A stretch of 64,000 nucleotides of DNA, taken from the NCBI GenBank assembly GCA_008690995.1, contig VRMN01000005.1, forward strand, positions 744,001 to 808,000, written 5' to 3'. The notes under the pieces were generated by a model that made no database searches, was not told where the DNA came from, and was given only the letters and a program-made list of their open reading frames with translations. The position numbers and the translations under genes are program-made. This document shows positions 42,992 to 54,110 of this stretch, piece after piece (the stretch's first letter is position 1; the number at the start of each line of letters is the position of its first letter). Source of the DNA: Porphyridium purpureum. Its lineage: Eukaryota.

Positions 42992-44306
42992 TTGGCAGCC
43001 GAAAGGGGTTTTCGAGCTGTTCCTGCTTGGCGACGCGCGAGAGTGGTGATCTCGTTGCCAACTCTAGTGGGCACATGACGCGAAGGTGGGCAGACTCTGG
43101 TGCTCCAACTCACTGAAGGTACAACGTCATCCAAGGATCTGCCCGAGAATGGAACAATAAAATCACTTGTTTGCCCTGGACTTGAGAAACCGATCTGAGC
43201 GTCTGCCTGGATGGGCACCGGCACGTCAGAAAAGCCCAACGTCAGACAGAGGAGGCGCGGCCGTCCACGACCAAAAGTAGATGAGCGCTTATTGCGTCCA
43301 CGGTGGGCAACACGCCGGTATTGGACGCGCCTGTCAAACCTATTTCTCCCGCCGCGCATGCAGAAGCAGGGCCACACGTCTCACGTGCAAGCCAAAGATG
43401 CCGACGTGTGTTCTCACGTAACTCTTGTGGCCAACGGGTGACCACACCCGCGCCTATTGAATCTACGAGGCCGCGTCCAGCCGCGGATCAGGTAGTTTTG
43501 TCGCACGCTCCACACAGTCCCCGCCGCATTCATCCCATCGTTGGTGTCAAGCGGCAGCACCAACAGCAGCTGCAGCAGCCACCGTCATCCGATTCTGACC
43601 CGCGCGTACCAGCGCGACTCGACCTGCGTGCGTGCTCGCTCACCTCTATTCAAAACCGCACTGTGTTACTATGCCGTGAGTGTGTGAGTGAGTGAGTGAG
43701 TGTGTCCGTCCCACACTGCGAGAACGGAACTGTACGCGAAAGCGATGAAAGACAAAAATAAACACACGACCAGCAGAATGCCCAAACACCCAGATACGCG
43801 TCTAAGTAAACGCACGCGCTGGCGTAGTAAATGGAGCTGTCAAAAAACGACGATGAGGATGGGCACGCAGACAGCATAAAACTGTTTGGGAGAGAAGAAG
43901 GCGGAGAGGCAGAAAAGAGGGGGGGGATGAAGGGAGTGGGAACGTGTGTGCTGAGCATTGTGTGAGTGTGAGCACAGGGGGTGAAGAGCGGGGGTGAAGA
44001 GGGAAGAGGGGAAGTGGGGAGGGGAGGGATTCGTGGAGGATTGGCGGCTGCGGTGGATTTATGTTCACGTGCATGCGCAGGCGATCTGTGGTAGCGTGGT
44101 AGGGTGGCGGGTAGGAACCGGGTGCTGGGACGACGAGCATAGGGGGGCGACGAGCACGCGCGTGGAGGAGTGGCGGTGGGAGTGGTCGTGGGGTGGTGGG
44201 GTGTGCGGCGCGGCTGCGGCGGCTGAGCAGGCTCGCGAGCGGACGCGTGGATGTCTTTGTTCTTGTGTGCGAGCGTGTGGACGTGGGCAGACGGCGATAG
44301 GCAAGC

Positions 44307-47300
44307 ATGGGCACGCGCGTGGGACAGTACCTCCTGTTTGAAACAATCGGGCGAGGCGCATTCGGAAAGGTCAAGCTGGGCGTGCACGCGGAAACGGGTG
44401 AGCAGGTCGCGGTGAAGATTCTGGAGAAGCATCTCATCAAGCAAAATGACCTCACGATGCAAGTTCGGCGAGAAATCGCCATCATGAAGGCGCTCAAGCA
44501 CAAGAATATCGTGAATTTGCACACGGTGCTCACGAGCAAGACCAAGCTTTACATCGTGATGGACTTGGTGACCGGTGGCGAGCTGTTTGACGTGATTGCC
44601 GCGAAGGGAGAGGGCGGCTTGAATGAGGAAGACGCGCGTCGGTTTTTCCACCAACTCGTCGATGGCGTACACTACTGTCATCGCCGAGGCGTGTGTCACC
44701 GCGACATCAAGCCTGAAAATTTACTGTTGGCCGAAGACGGCGAGATGAAGCTCACCGATTTTGGGCTGTCCTCAATCAAAGGCGCGAACACGGACCTACT
44801 GACGACGCAATGCGGTACCCCGAGCTACGTACCACCTGAAGTTATAGTTGCGGCGCACAAGGGATACTCGGGCCCCAAGGTCGACGCGTGGGCCTGCGGA
44901 ATCATGCTCTTTGCCATGGTGGCTGGGTACCTCCCGTTCGATGGCGACGATATTTCAGAGCTGTTCATGAATATCCAAACTGTGCCCGTGGAATACCCAG
45001 AGTGGGTGTCCTCGGGCGCGATCGACCTGATGGAAAAGCTACTTTGCAAAGACCCGGCGCGGCGATGGGACCTCAAGCAGGTCAAAAAGCATCCCTGGTT
45101 CCTTGCAGACTATGATGGAGACGATGGACCGACCGCGAAGCGCTTGAAACGAGAAAAGGCGATCGCGGCGCGAGTTGCCGCAGAGAAAAAGATCGAGGCA
45201 GAACGAAAAGCTGCCGCGCAAGCGGCTCTTCCACCTCCACAGGACGCGAAAGTGAAACAAGAGCCACCTCCGCTTGTTCCAGCTCACTCGCATGAGACCC
45301 AAAGCGCGGGCCCTGACGATGCAAGTATCGCGAGCTCAGAGAAAGCAGCGAACGCACAGCATGTGCAAGGGACTGCAAGTCGCGTAGATGCGGCGACCAC
45401 CGGCGAGACCAAAAAGGCAGGGAAGAAGCCATCGCTGCACGATATTGCGAATCAGCTGAAGGAGCTTGCACCACTGAAAGACGATGACGATGACTTGGAT
45501 CTCAAGCCGGCTCATTTTCCGGACCGAGATGAGGACGAGCTTCACTCACACGCGTTTGCAAAGATGGGCAGCGATGATCGGGAGCGGGCGCCGGCGCGGC
45601 CGGGCAGCTTGCAGGCCCAAGGAAATCCGGCGGGCCGTGTAGGTCCCATGTCCAGCGCTCAGCCCGGCGATCGGATCAGTGTCGGTGGTGGTGGTGGCCC
45701 GGGCAGCATGCGCAAGCAGAGCTTTGCTCAACTAGCGCGCATTTCATCGACCAATCAAAGCTTCCGAGTGGACGCCAAAGAGCCGGTGGATTTGACCGCC
45801 AGCCTGGCACAGGTAGTCGGACCTCCAGCTGGGGCCGTGGGCCAAGCGAGCGCGGGCGCAACGACGGCACCTGGGGATCGTGCAACGGGTTCGGAAGGGA
45901 AAAAGGCGGCGCCACGCTCTCTGGCAAGTCAAGTGTCGGCCTTTGGTGGCGGCACTTCGGTTCTCTCTTCCCGAATTGGATTCGGTACAAACGTGGGTGT
46001 GGCTGGAAGCATGGCATCATTAGGTCCAGGAAGTTCGGCTGCGGGTGGAGGAGCAGGCGGCCTTGGCCAGATTGGCCGTACCACATCTGTGCTGTCGTCG
46101 CGGATTGGCTTTGGGCCTGTACCGGTGGCTGGTGGTGCACCGGCAGCGTCTGCCGCCCAAAGGGGAATCAATCGCACAACATCTTCGCTTTTATCATCGC
46201 GCATTGGCTTTGGGGCCGTTTCGACCCCGGCTGGACCTTTACCCGTGGCTTCGGATGCCGGCGATGCGGGAGCAGGCAAAGCGAGTATGCTCTCTTCGCG
46301 CATCGGGTTTGGGCCGTTGATGGCCGGAGGCGCGGCTGCTGGCACCACTGCTTCGGCGGTCGGTGGAGGCGAGATGGCAGCCGGCGTGGAGTACGGCGTT
46401 GGCATGGGGATGGCAGCTTACGAAAGCGATGAGGAAGAAGAAAAAGAGGAGCAAGCAAAGTTGAACGACGAGCAAAAGGCAAACTTGCTCGCGATCCGTC
46501 GTTTAGAGACCATGATCGCGTACGTAAAGCACCAGGCCGCGAGCAACAGTCGGACTCAGAGCGTGAATCGAAGCCGGGGCAGCACAGCACCGAACTCTTT
46601 GCGCAGCAGCCAACGCTCGGGAATGATGCATCAGTCGGTGCGCTCCAACATGAACATGTCGTCAATGCGCATGAGCATGACCATGAAGAAAGGTTCGGTA
46701 ATGCTGTCGAGCTCGTACGGTGGGTTTGGCCAGATGGCCGCCGCGGGCGTAGCGGCGGCCAAGGCTGAAGAAGCTCAGGAAGCCGCATCGGCAGCGAGAG
46801 CCGGAACTCAAAATTCAAACTCGACGTTAATTTTGGAACCCGCAGTTGCCGCGGCGCCTTCAGGAAGTTATGCAGACGATGTTGCGCCGCATGTGCAGTC
46901 GCAGGCAGGCTTGTCAGACAAGCTGCCGACCCAATTCGAAATGCTGATGGCGCTTTGGGACCGCGGCCTAGTATCGGGCACTCAAGGCCAGCACGAGCCG
47001 TCAGAGGAAAAATCAATCAATGTCGTGGGACAGCTGGACATTGAACATTTTGAGCAGACGCTATCAGCGGTCAAGTATGTCCAGGAGCGTATTGATCGTG
47101 GGGACGCGGCGCACGCGGCTTCAAAGCCAGATGTGATGAAGCTCAAGGACGCTTTGGAAATATGGGAGGCGAAACTGTCGCTGGCGTCGCCGAGCGTCAC
47201 ACCAGAACTTTCACCGGAGGAGCGCCGCAAGTCGATGGATATTGTGAAGCAGCAGGAGCACAAAGTGGAGGATGACACGCTCAACACGTTGCAGCGCGTT

Positions 47301-48857
47301 CTGCAGCGTTGGGATGCGATGTTGATTGGCGAGTCGGCACCAGCTGAGATTGATATCAGCAAGGTTGAGACCACGGAATCTTCAAAAGCTGTATCGCGCG
47401 CACCAGACGACGCCAGTGGCGGGGCAAGCAGAGGGGATGGCAGCAGCAGAAAAGACGCGGGGCCGAAAGCCACGAAGCGTTACGGTGCTGGCCCAGGTGG
47501 CGGAATCATGCAGGACAGTTTGTACGTAGCTGCGGAGCGTGATGCACAAGGATATCCGGCAGAATCGAACTCGGGCGCTGTGAGAGCTGCGTATGTTGCA
47601 GGCTATGCCGCGCTGGATGACCTGGCAGACGATGACTTTGACCTCGGGCCGCGCAAAGTCTATGTGAATGATGCGTGGAAAAAGGCGCTTGAACCACACA
47701 TGGACTCGTTTCTTGCCTTGGGGCAACCAGACGAAGATGACGATGAAGATGATGATGACAGTTTTGATGACGCTGTCGGTGAGCAGCGTCCCATGGCTGA
47801 AGTTTTTTCAGACCCTGCGCTGAGAGCGGCCGGAGCGGCGTCCGGTGCGTCGGGACCCGCGCGAACCGGAGTGCCGGTCGCCGCGCTTGCACCGGGCAGT
47901 GGTGGCGTGTATGAGATCCCTGGCATGAAGATGAACTCGCTCGAGTCCTTTTCGCGCGGAACCGATCGCGAGCGTGGCGCGGGTGTACCGGGAGCGGGTG
48001 CGGCAGCGGGGCCAAAAGCCGACAATCCTGCGAGCGGTGGGCTGAGCCAGGCGGGCTCGTTGCCGCCCACGGACAAGGGCAGACGCATTCCGTACACTAT
48101 GAGCGTGATCCGTGATCCGGCGCGCCCAGGTGGAGCGTGGGGTGAGTACAACGCTTCCGGCGGTGTATCAACGGACAGACCGCCGATGCCTGCCGGTCCG
48201 CTCTCACCACCCAAAGGGACGAGCATTAGTTGTGACGCTGCGCCGATTCGTGCAGAAAGTGGCGTCGAAGAACACGAGGGCGCCGAGGGAATGGGTCGAA
48301 ATTCCCGCACGATTTCCGAGGGCCATTCGTACGATGAAGGTAGCCGCGGAAAAAGCAGTTTTGATGCTGATGCGGGTGACGAGGAACGGCGTCCGAGTGA
48401 CGTAGGCGCGTCGAAAGGCGGATTGCGCGCGGCCTCAAAGAAGGGAAGCACTGCGAACCTGAGTCGCCATGGTAGTCGCTTGAAAAGCAGTGGATTGATG
48501 GCATTTCTAGGCATTCGCGCCGGTTCACGCAAGCCGGTGCCATCGAATGCGATTTTAACAAGCTTAGAGCCCGAGAAGGCGCTGGTTGAGATGGGCAAGC
48601 TGCTGCATCGAGACTTTGACGCGGAGGTGGCAAGGAAGAAGAACGCGATGGAGTTGAAACTCAGGGTGCCGGTCAGGGACATGGAAGGCTCTTTCGTGTA
48701 TGCTCACATGTACTTTTCTTCGTCGAGCGATGCCCGTTGCTGCATCACCATAAAGAAGAGCAAGGAGGGCGACTTTTTGCCCGGCCCGTTCATTGGATTT
48801 GTGGAAGACGTGAAGGACAAGTTCAGCAAGGTGGAGGACATGTACGCACCAATCTAA
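44307..48857 (+). CDS. SNF1/CIPK-like Ser/Thr kinase with a very long low-complexity tail and a possible C-terminal KA1-like domain, 1516 aa
   Basis: IGRGAFGKVK, VAVK, HRDIKPEN, DFG, TQCGTPSYVPPE and D.W.CG in the first ~270 aa. Confidence 0.93.
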   Translation: MGTRVGQYLLFETIGRGAFGKVKLGVHAETGEQVAVKILEKHLIKQNDLTMQVRREIAIMKALKHKNIVNLHTVLTSKTKLYIVMDLVTGGELFDVIAAKGEGGLNEEDARRFFHQLVDGVHYCHRRGVCHRDIKPENLLLAEDGEMKLTDFGLSSIKGANTDLLTTQCGTPSYVPPEVIVAAHKGYSGPKVDAWACGIMLFAMVAGYLPFDGDDISELFMNIQTVPVEYPEWVSSGAIDLMEKLLCKDPARRWDLKQVKKHPWFLADYDGDDGPTAKRLKREKAIAARVAAEKKIEAERKAAAQAALPPPQDAKVKQEPPPLVPAHSHETQSAGPDDASIASSEKAANAQHVQGTASRVDAATTGETKKAGKKPSLHDIANQLKELAPLKDDDDDLDLKPAHFPDRDEDELHSHAFAKMGSDDRERAPARPGSLQAQGNPAGRVGPMSSAQPGDRISVGGGGGPGSMRKQSFAQLARISSTNQSFRVDAKEPVDLTASLAQVVGPPAGAVGQASAGATTAPGDRATGSEGKKAAPRSLASQVSAFGGGTSVLSSRIGFGTNVGVAGSMASLGPGSSAAGGGAGGLGQIGRTTSVLSSRIGFGPVPVAGGAPAASAAQRGINRTTSSLLSSRIGFGAVSTPAGPLPVASDAGDAGAGKASMLSSRIGFGPLMAGGAAAGTTASAVGGGEMAAGVEYGVGMGMAAYESDEEEEKEEQAKLNDEQKANLLAIRRLETMIAYVKHQAASNSRTQSVNRSRGSTAPNSLRSSQRSGMMHQSVRSNMNMSSMRMSMTMKKGSVMLSSSYGGFGQMAAAGVAAAKAEEAQEAASAARAGTQNSNSTLILEPAVAAAPSGSYADDVAPHVQSQAGLSDKLPTQFEMLMALWDRGLVSGTQGQHEPSEEKSINVVGQLDIEHFEQTLSAVKYVQERIDRGDAAHAASKPDVMKLKDALEIWEAKLSLASPSVTPELSPEERRKSMDIVKQQEHKVEDDTLNTLQRVLQRWDAMLIGESAPAEIDISKVETTESSKAVSRAPDDASGGASRGDGSSRKDAGPKATKRYGAGPGGGIMQDSLYVAAERDAQGYPAESNSGAVRAAYVAGYAALDDLADDDFDLGPRKVYVNDAWKKALEPHMDSFLALGQPDEDDDEDDDDSFDDAVGEQRPMAEVFSDPALRAAGAASGASGPARTGVPVAALAPGSGGVYEIPGMKMNSLESFSRGTDRERGAGVPGAGAAAGPKADNPASGGLSQAGSLPPTDKGRRIPYTMSVIRDPARPGGAWGEYNASGGVSTDRPPMPAGPLSPPKGTSISCDAAPIRAESGVEEHEGAEGMGRNSRTISEGHSYDEGSRGKSSFDADAGDEERRPSDVGASKGGLRAASKKGSTANLSRHGSRLKSSGLMAFLGIRAGSRKPVPSNAILTSLEPEKALVEMGKLLHRDFDAEVARKKNAMELKLRVPVRDMEGSFVYAHMYFSSSSDARCCITIKKSKEGDFLPGPFIGFVEDVKDKFSKVEDMYAPI

Positions 48858-49381
48858 TTCATATAAACCTTTTTTCGTGGAACAGACGATTTTGGTCCTG
48901 GCGTCACCTAGGCGGCGTCCGACGCTCTGGTTGCTCTCATTCCGCTCACGCAAGATGGTCACGCTCAAGATTCGCTCGCAGCCTAGACATGCTCTGATAA
49001 AAAGGAAGCGTCAGAATCGGCGCTGATTACGCTCGCGGCGCACGCCAGGCACGGCTCTCGACGGCGTGGCACAGGACCGGACACCGCTGTGCCATCGCCC
49101 TGCCGCGCAGTGCCGCCGCGTGCGCGCGGCACGCGTTCACACAAAGCACGGGGCCCGCGTGCGTCTGCTTATCGAAGTACAGTCCGACCGCGCACTGTAC
49201 CCACACGTGCGGTGCGAGGTACAGTTGCATGATCTCGCCCGAGGTGGCGAGGCCCGGGAGGCGAGTTGCGGCAGAGCGTCAGTGTGACACACAGAAGAGA
49301 GAGAGAGAGACAGAGAGGGACGATCGCGTAGACGTTTGTGCGGGCAAAGAGCAGCAGCGCGGTGTGCGGAGCAAGGGAGCA

Positions 49382-49861
49382 ATGGCGTTTGTGGCGTGTG
49401 GACCGTTGCGTGCGGGCGAGGGCGGTGCGCGGCTCGGCGCGCGCAAGGCGGCGTGCAGCATGCAGCTCGCGCCACCAGGCATCCCGCCGGGCGAGGACGC
49501 GCGCAACAACCAGTCGCTCAGGCAGTACGTGGCCAGGCCGGTCGAGACCTACCAGAAGCGATCGTTCGCCACGCCGCTGCCGCTGACCTGGACGGGCGAG
49601 ACAGAGACCGTGGGCGCGTTCGACGTCGTCGTGCCGCCGCAGGAGAAGGACCTGCCCGTGTCCGGCGAGGCCACCTCGGCGTTCGTCAAGTACTCGGATA
49701 TGGTGCGCGCGGAGAGAAAGGCCGCCCTGCAAGCGCTGCTCAGCGCCTCGGCTGCGGGCGAGGGACGCCCGACCTGCGGCGCGGAGGGCCGAAAGTTTGT
49801 GTCAAATGCCAACCCGGTTCTCGTCAACGGCGTCAAGTGCGTTGAGTACTGGCGCAAGTAA
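49382..49861 (+). CDS. Plastid-targeted protein, probable phycobilisome rod-core linker LRC4, 159 aa
   Basis: MAFV transit peptide ending ACSM. The mature sequence (PPGIPPGEDAR ... KCVEYW) resembles my recollection of red-algal LRC4; this is from memory and unverified. Confidence 0.7.
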   Translation: MAFVACGPLRAGEGGARLGARKAACSMQLAPPGIPPGEDARNNQSLRQYVARPVETYQKRSFATPLPLTWTGETETVGAFDVVVPPQEKDLPVSGEATSAFVKYSDMVRAERKAALQALLSASAAGEGRPTCGAEGRKFVSNANPVLVNGVKCVEYWRK

Positions 49862-50087
49862 GTGGCTCGTGCGGAGAAGGTCTCGCTTCGTGGGAAGGAG
49901 GAACACAGAGAAACGGGAAAAAAAAACCAACAAATAGTCGCTCGCCTTTTCGCATGGTTCGCATTGGCCGCCGTTCGGTCAGGTACTTGAAATAGAATAA
50001 AAGATCCGTGTGCTGGCTACAAGTTATGTGCAGACGCCGAGGAACAACAGTTCGACGGGCAGAAGGAGTCGGTGGGCGCGCTTTGAG

Positions 50088-50438
50088 ATGCGGTTAGAGC
50101 ACGATGGCTTTTTGCACCAGCTCGGTAAGCTGTACGAGGCGAGCCGCGACACACATAGCGTGTGGGTGACGCTAAAACGTGTCGAGGCCGCGGCGCTCGA
50201 AAAGTCCAAGCCGAAAGGTGCTCGCGCGCCGGCGGACGAGCTGGCCGCAGCGAGCGGACAGCCGCAGTGCCTCGTGCGAGCCACGAACGGTAAGCGGAAA
50301 ATAAGTTGTGTCGTGGACGCGCCGCAGATCGCGCGCTTCCAGCTCGAACTGATGACCGTCATGCGCGCGAACGCGGACGGGCTGAAGAAAAAGCCAAAGG
50401 CGAGTAAAAAGGCAAAGCTGTCGCTCGTCGAACAGTAG
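50088..50438 (+). CDS. SRP14: Signal recognition particle 14 kDa protein
   Basis: FLHQLGKLY, SVWVTLKR, CLVRATNGKRKISCVV and DGLKKK. Confidence 0.95.
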   Translation: MRLEHDGFLHQLGKLYEASRDTHSVWVTLKRVEAAALEKSKPKGARAPADELAAASGQPQCLVRATNGKRKISCVVDAPQIARFQLELMTVMRANADGLKKKPKASKKAKLSLVEQ

Positions 50439-50691
50439 GAACGAGAGGCAGAAATCATGCAAACATCGCGCAACAAAGTTGCGGCGGTGGTCGGAACGTT
50501 GGCGGAGCCCGCACGCGAGCGACCTACTTCAATCCCTTCCGCGGTCCCGCCGTGCCGTGTAAAGAAGTATGCCAGAAACATACGTACTCACGTGATAAAC
50601 ATTGAGGTGCTGAGTGGAGCAGCTCGGGCCGCAAACGAGCGATACCGCGGAACGTCCAATTTACTCGTCATGTGAACACTCTGTGCTTGCC

Positions 50692-51774
50692 TTAATGTTT
50701 ACGCTCCCACCAAAAGCACTGACTCTCCTCTGTGCGCGCAGTCAAGCGCTCGGCGCCGTTTTCAGTCATCAATAGCGTGTGCTCAAACTGCGCGCTGCGC
50801 AAGCCGTCCGTGGTAGTCGCGGTCCACTTGTCCGGCCAGAACATGCTGTCTTTCTTGCCCTCATTGATCATAGGTTCAATGGTGAAAATATGGCCCGGCT
50901 GCATGGTTCCGTTCGGATCCTTGTTCCTATAATGCAAGATGTTAGGTGTTGTATGGAAGACGCTGCCGATGCCGTGGCCGCAAAAGTCACGCACCACCGA
51001 AAAGCCGTGCTTCTCCGCATGATCCTGGATAATACCGCCAATGTCACTGTACGGCATTCCCGGCCGGATGCCTTCAATGGCCATGTCCAGGCACTCGTAG
51101 GTCACCTTGACCAACTGCTTGCCCACCTCGTCCACCGAGTCACCGACCAGAAACATCTCGGACAGGTCACCATGAAAGCCCTTGTAGTAGCACGTGACGT
51201 CGACATTCAGAATATCGCCGTCCTGAAGCACTGTTGAGTCGGGAATACCGTGGCAAATCACCTCATTGATCGAGGTGCACACCGATTTGGGGAATCCGCT
51301 GTAGTTAAGAGGCGACGGGTACGCGCCGAGTCGCAAGGTTTCCTCGTGCACTATGCGATCAATTTCATCTGTCGTGATACCCGGTCGGACCGCCTTGCCC
51401 GCGACGTCCAGCACGTGCCGCGCCACACGCGCAGCTTCGCGCATGCCTTGGATTTCCGCCGCGGATTTAACCTCGATATCCCACGGCACCGCTCGCGGTG
51501 TATGCTTCGGCCGCCCATCCGCAGCATAATCCGGGCGCGCAATCTGCTCGGGCACCTCACGCCGCGGTGACTGCACGCCTGGCTGCAGCTTGCCGGCATA
51601 TCTGAACTTTTTCGTCTTGCCAAATCCCAGCGCCATCGCCAACGCCGGCGCGCACGCCGACGCCGCGGCACTCCGGCACGTCTGCCGCATGTGCACTGCC
51701 ACTACATGGCGGTAAAGCGCGCTCCTTTGCGGAGCCACCGCGCCTGCATTCACACCAAACGCAAAGTCTGCCAT
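50692..51774 (-). CDS. MAP1: Methionine aminopeptidase type I, plastid-targeted
   Basis: Transit peptide MADFAF..., then YPSPLNY.GFPKSVCTSINEVICHGIPD, GFHGD, CGHGIG, FTIEPMIN and SAQFEHT. Confidence 0.96.
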   Translation of the reverse strand: MADFAFGVNAGAVAPQRSALYRHVVAVHMRQTCRSAAASACAPALAMALGFGKTKKFRYAGKLQPGVQSPRREVPEQIARPDYAADGRPKHTPRAVPWDIEVKSAAEIQGMREAARVARHVLDVAGKAVRPGITTDEIDRIVHEETLRLGAYPSPLNYSGFPKSVCTSINEVICHGIPDSTVLQDGDILNVDVTCYYKGFHGDLSEMFLVGDSVDEVGKQLVKVTYECLDMAIEGIRPGMPYSDIGGIIQDHAEKHGFSVVRDFCGHGIGSVFHTTPNILHYRNKDPNGTMQPGHIFTIEPMINEGKKDSMFWPDKWTATTTDGLRSAQFEHTLLMTENGAERLTARTEESQCFWWERKH

Positions 51775-52299
51775 ACCACCTTTCCTCGGCTCTTCCAACC
51801 TGCGCCATCGGCGAGCCATGGGCGATGGAAGTAGGTTCGTGACAAGTGCAATTGACAAGGAGAAAAAGGCGGAGAGAGTTGGCAAGGAGAGAACGGCGGG
51901 CGTAGCTCAGGTGAAATAGATTCTTCGGTATTTTGAACTTCGGCTCTTCTTCTAATTTTCTGAGTGGTTTGAAATCGATTCCCCGGCAACAGGTTTGGAT
52001 ACACATCGCCCGTGTGCGATCGACTTGGGGATCAGCTTCAGCTTTGCTTTACTCCTAACAAAAATCATTCGTACTTTCGCATTTCTGTGCATCCTTCTCT
52101 TGGCGAGTGCCCATGCATTCTTTCAAAGCAGAGCTTCAGCTCTCCGACCCGCAAGACCCGGCTGGTCATTCGCACGTACGATCAACTGACTGTTGCGCTC
52201 TTGCGCCCACCTACACAAGTCCGTCCTAGTAGTGGCCTCCGAATGGCGTTCTCGTAAGTTCTTTCGATCACTCTCGGCTCGACAGGTAGTTTGGTTTGA

Positions 52300-53980
52300 T
52301 TTCGATCCAGCTTCAAATGTCCGAAGCGCTAGATACAGGACGTAGCTCGAACACAGCCGAGACAAATCCACTGAATTCTGCGGTCACGAATGCAATGCGC
52401 TTTGTCGTGCACGCGACAGGAGCTGCTCATCCCCAACAGCACTCGCCGGAAGTATTCTTCATTATTCTAAACCCCGTTTCGATGGAATTCATGAGACGCT
52501 CGCTTGACACTTTGAATTTTCTTGCCGTGACAGCCAGTCCAACCTTCTCTTGGCCTCTGTCGAACGAACGATGGTATTTGCTGGTCTCATTGGCAGTCCA
52601 CTCCAATATTCCCTCGTGTCAAAAAAATAAAAAATCCTCGGCTCACCGCATCATGTTCTGAAGGCCGCCTGAGCTTCTCGGTAAGTGTATGTCCTCCTTC
52701 GTCGATGCAGAAACAGTAAGTACCCTCGAAATCAATGCTAAGCACGTCCAGCCACGCTTTTGCACTCTCGTCGCCTCTGCGAGTGCAAGATGTATGCAGT
52801 TCCATGTTGAGAAATGCGGTTGATTTCCTTTCCGGCTCACGGAGAAGCGCGTGCATATCCGTTTGCGGCACCAGGGGATTTGCACGCCGCGATGGATCAC
52901 ACACTTGTGACCCCATTTTTCAGTTTGATCCGCCCATGGACGCGCGATGATTCAATTGCCACTCCATACGCGAGAACGAGTTGAGAACGATGCTTAGCCC
53001 AAATCACGTCCTTCTCTTGTGTTTCTCACAGGCTAAGCACATGCACGAAGCGTTCCACAATCACTGACGGGGTTCGCGCGACGAGACACGGCACCATTTT
53101 GCTTGAGAAATCGCGAATAAATGACTCAGCATGTATACTCGAACGCACATTTGCTGGATATAGACCAGCGCAGCGTCGTCGGCGCGGCAGATGAAGCCCG
53201 ATGCTGACGACGGGCACGCGTATTGGCGCTATTCTGATCACGTTTGTGGATGCTCATTAGCCGGGTCGGCGTAAATGGAGCCAGACACGCTGGCAAGGTC
53301 ATACCTCGCTGCGAGCATGTCGATTCCGGTTGGCATTGGCCAATATGCGTCCAATTCGCTATTTACGTACAGAAGGCGGTTCGAACGATACTCAGCGAAT
53401 GATGGCGCACGATGCACCGGCTCGGCGCATTCGCGCGGCCAGTTTGGACTGGAATCTATGGCCATTTGATCTTCGCAGTGCAGATCTCACTGTGGATCTG
53501 CTCGGTTGAGGAGTTCAATGGCTTGCGCGCATGGACCGGAGCCATGACCATGCAAACGACATGAAAAAAAATCTCATGGATGGCACTGTGGCAAGCAGCG
53601 AGCCTCGACAACGTCCTTGAGCAGGCAGCAAGTCGAAGCGTCCATTGGATATGAGCCTGTTCATGCTCTCTGCACTCATGATGGTCGGGCACATACTTGC
53701 ATTCGGCGTGCTGCGCAATAGGCTGCAGCACAAAAGCGAGAAAGTGCTGGCCTACTCGGTCCCACTCTGGGCCCAAGTTTGAACTCCTTGAAGTCGTAAT
53801 CGTCCTCTCGGAAACCTTGGCAGGCTCTTGCTCGTCTGCTGCATGCTTTCGATACGCGTGGACGATGCCAATCAGAACTCCTACCAGAGTCGCAACGGTT
53901 GTCCGTGCCAGGTCAAAGCCGAGGCTGGTTGGCGCGAGCGCGGTCTTGTGAGAGAGAACGTGCTAAGTTTATAAGCCATG
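52300..53980 (-). pseudogene. Possible decayed type II membrane protein gene (methyltransferase-like fragment)
   Basis: Co-oriented broken frames include a TM-like TTVATLVGVLIGIVHAY near 53850-53900 and LDVLSIDFEG near 52720-52750. No intact template exists in the window. Confidence 0.25.
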
Positions 53981-54110
53981 ACAGAGTAGAGCCTTTCTCT
54001 TGTTGTGATTAGCGTCTACCGTGCACGGCTTCGACCGGAAAGAGGGTGAACAGATAACAATTTCAAGCATCTTTGGGCCAAGCAAGTCAATCGAGTTGGG
54101 TTGGCCCTGC

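Noticed and set aside
43000..44306. ORFs upstream of the kinase, including the 349-aa minus ORF
   Set aside because: Low-complexity purine-rich leader and antisense of the kinase domain.
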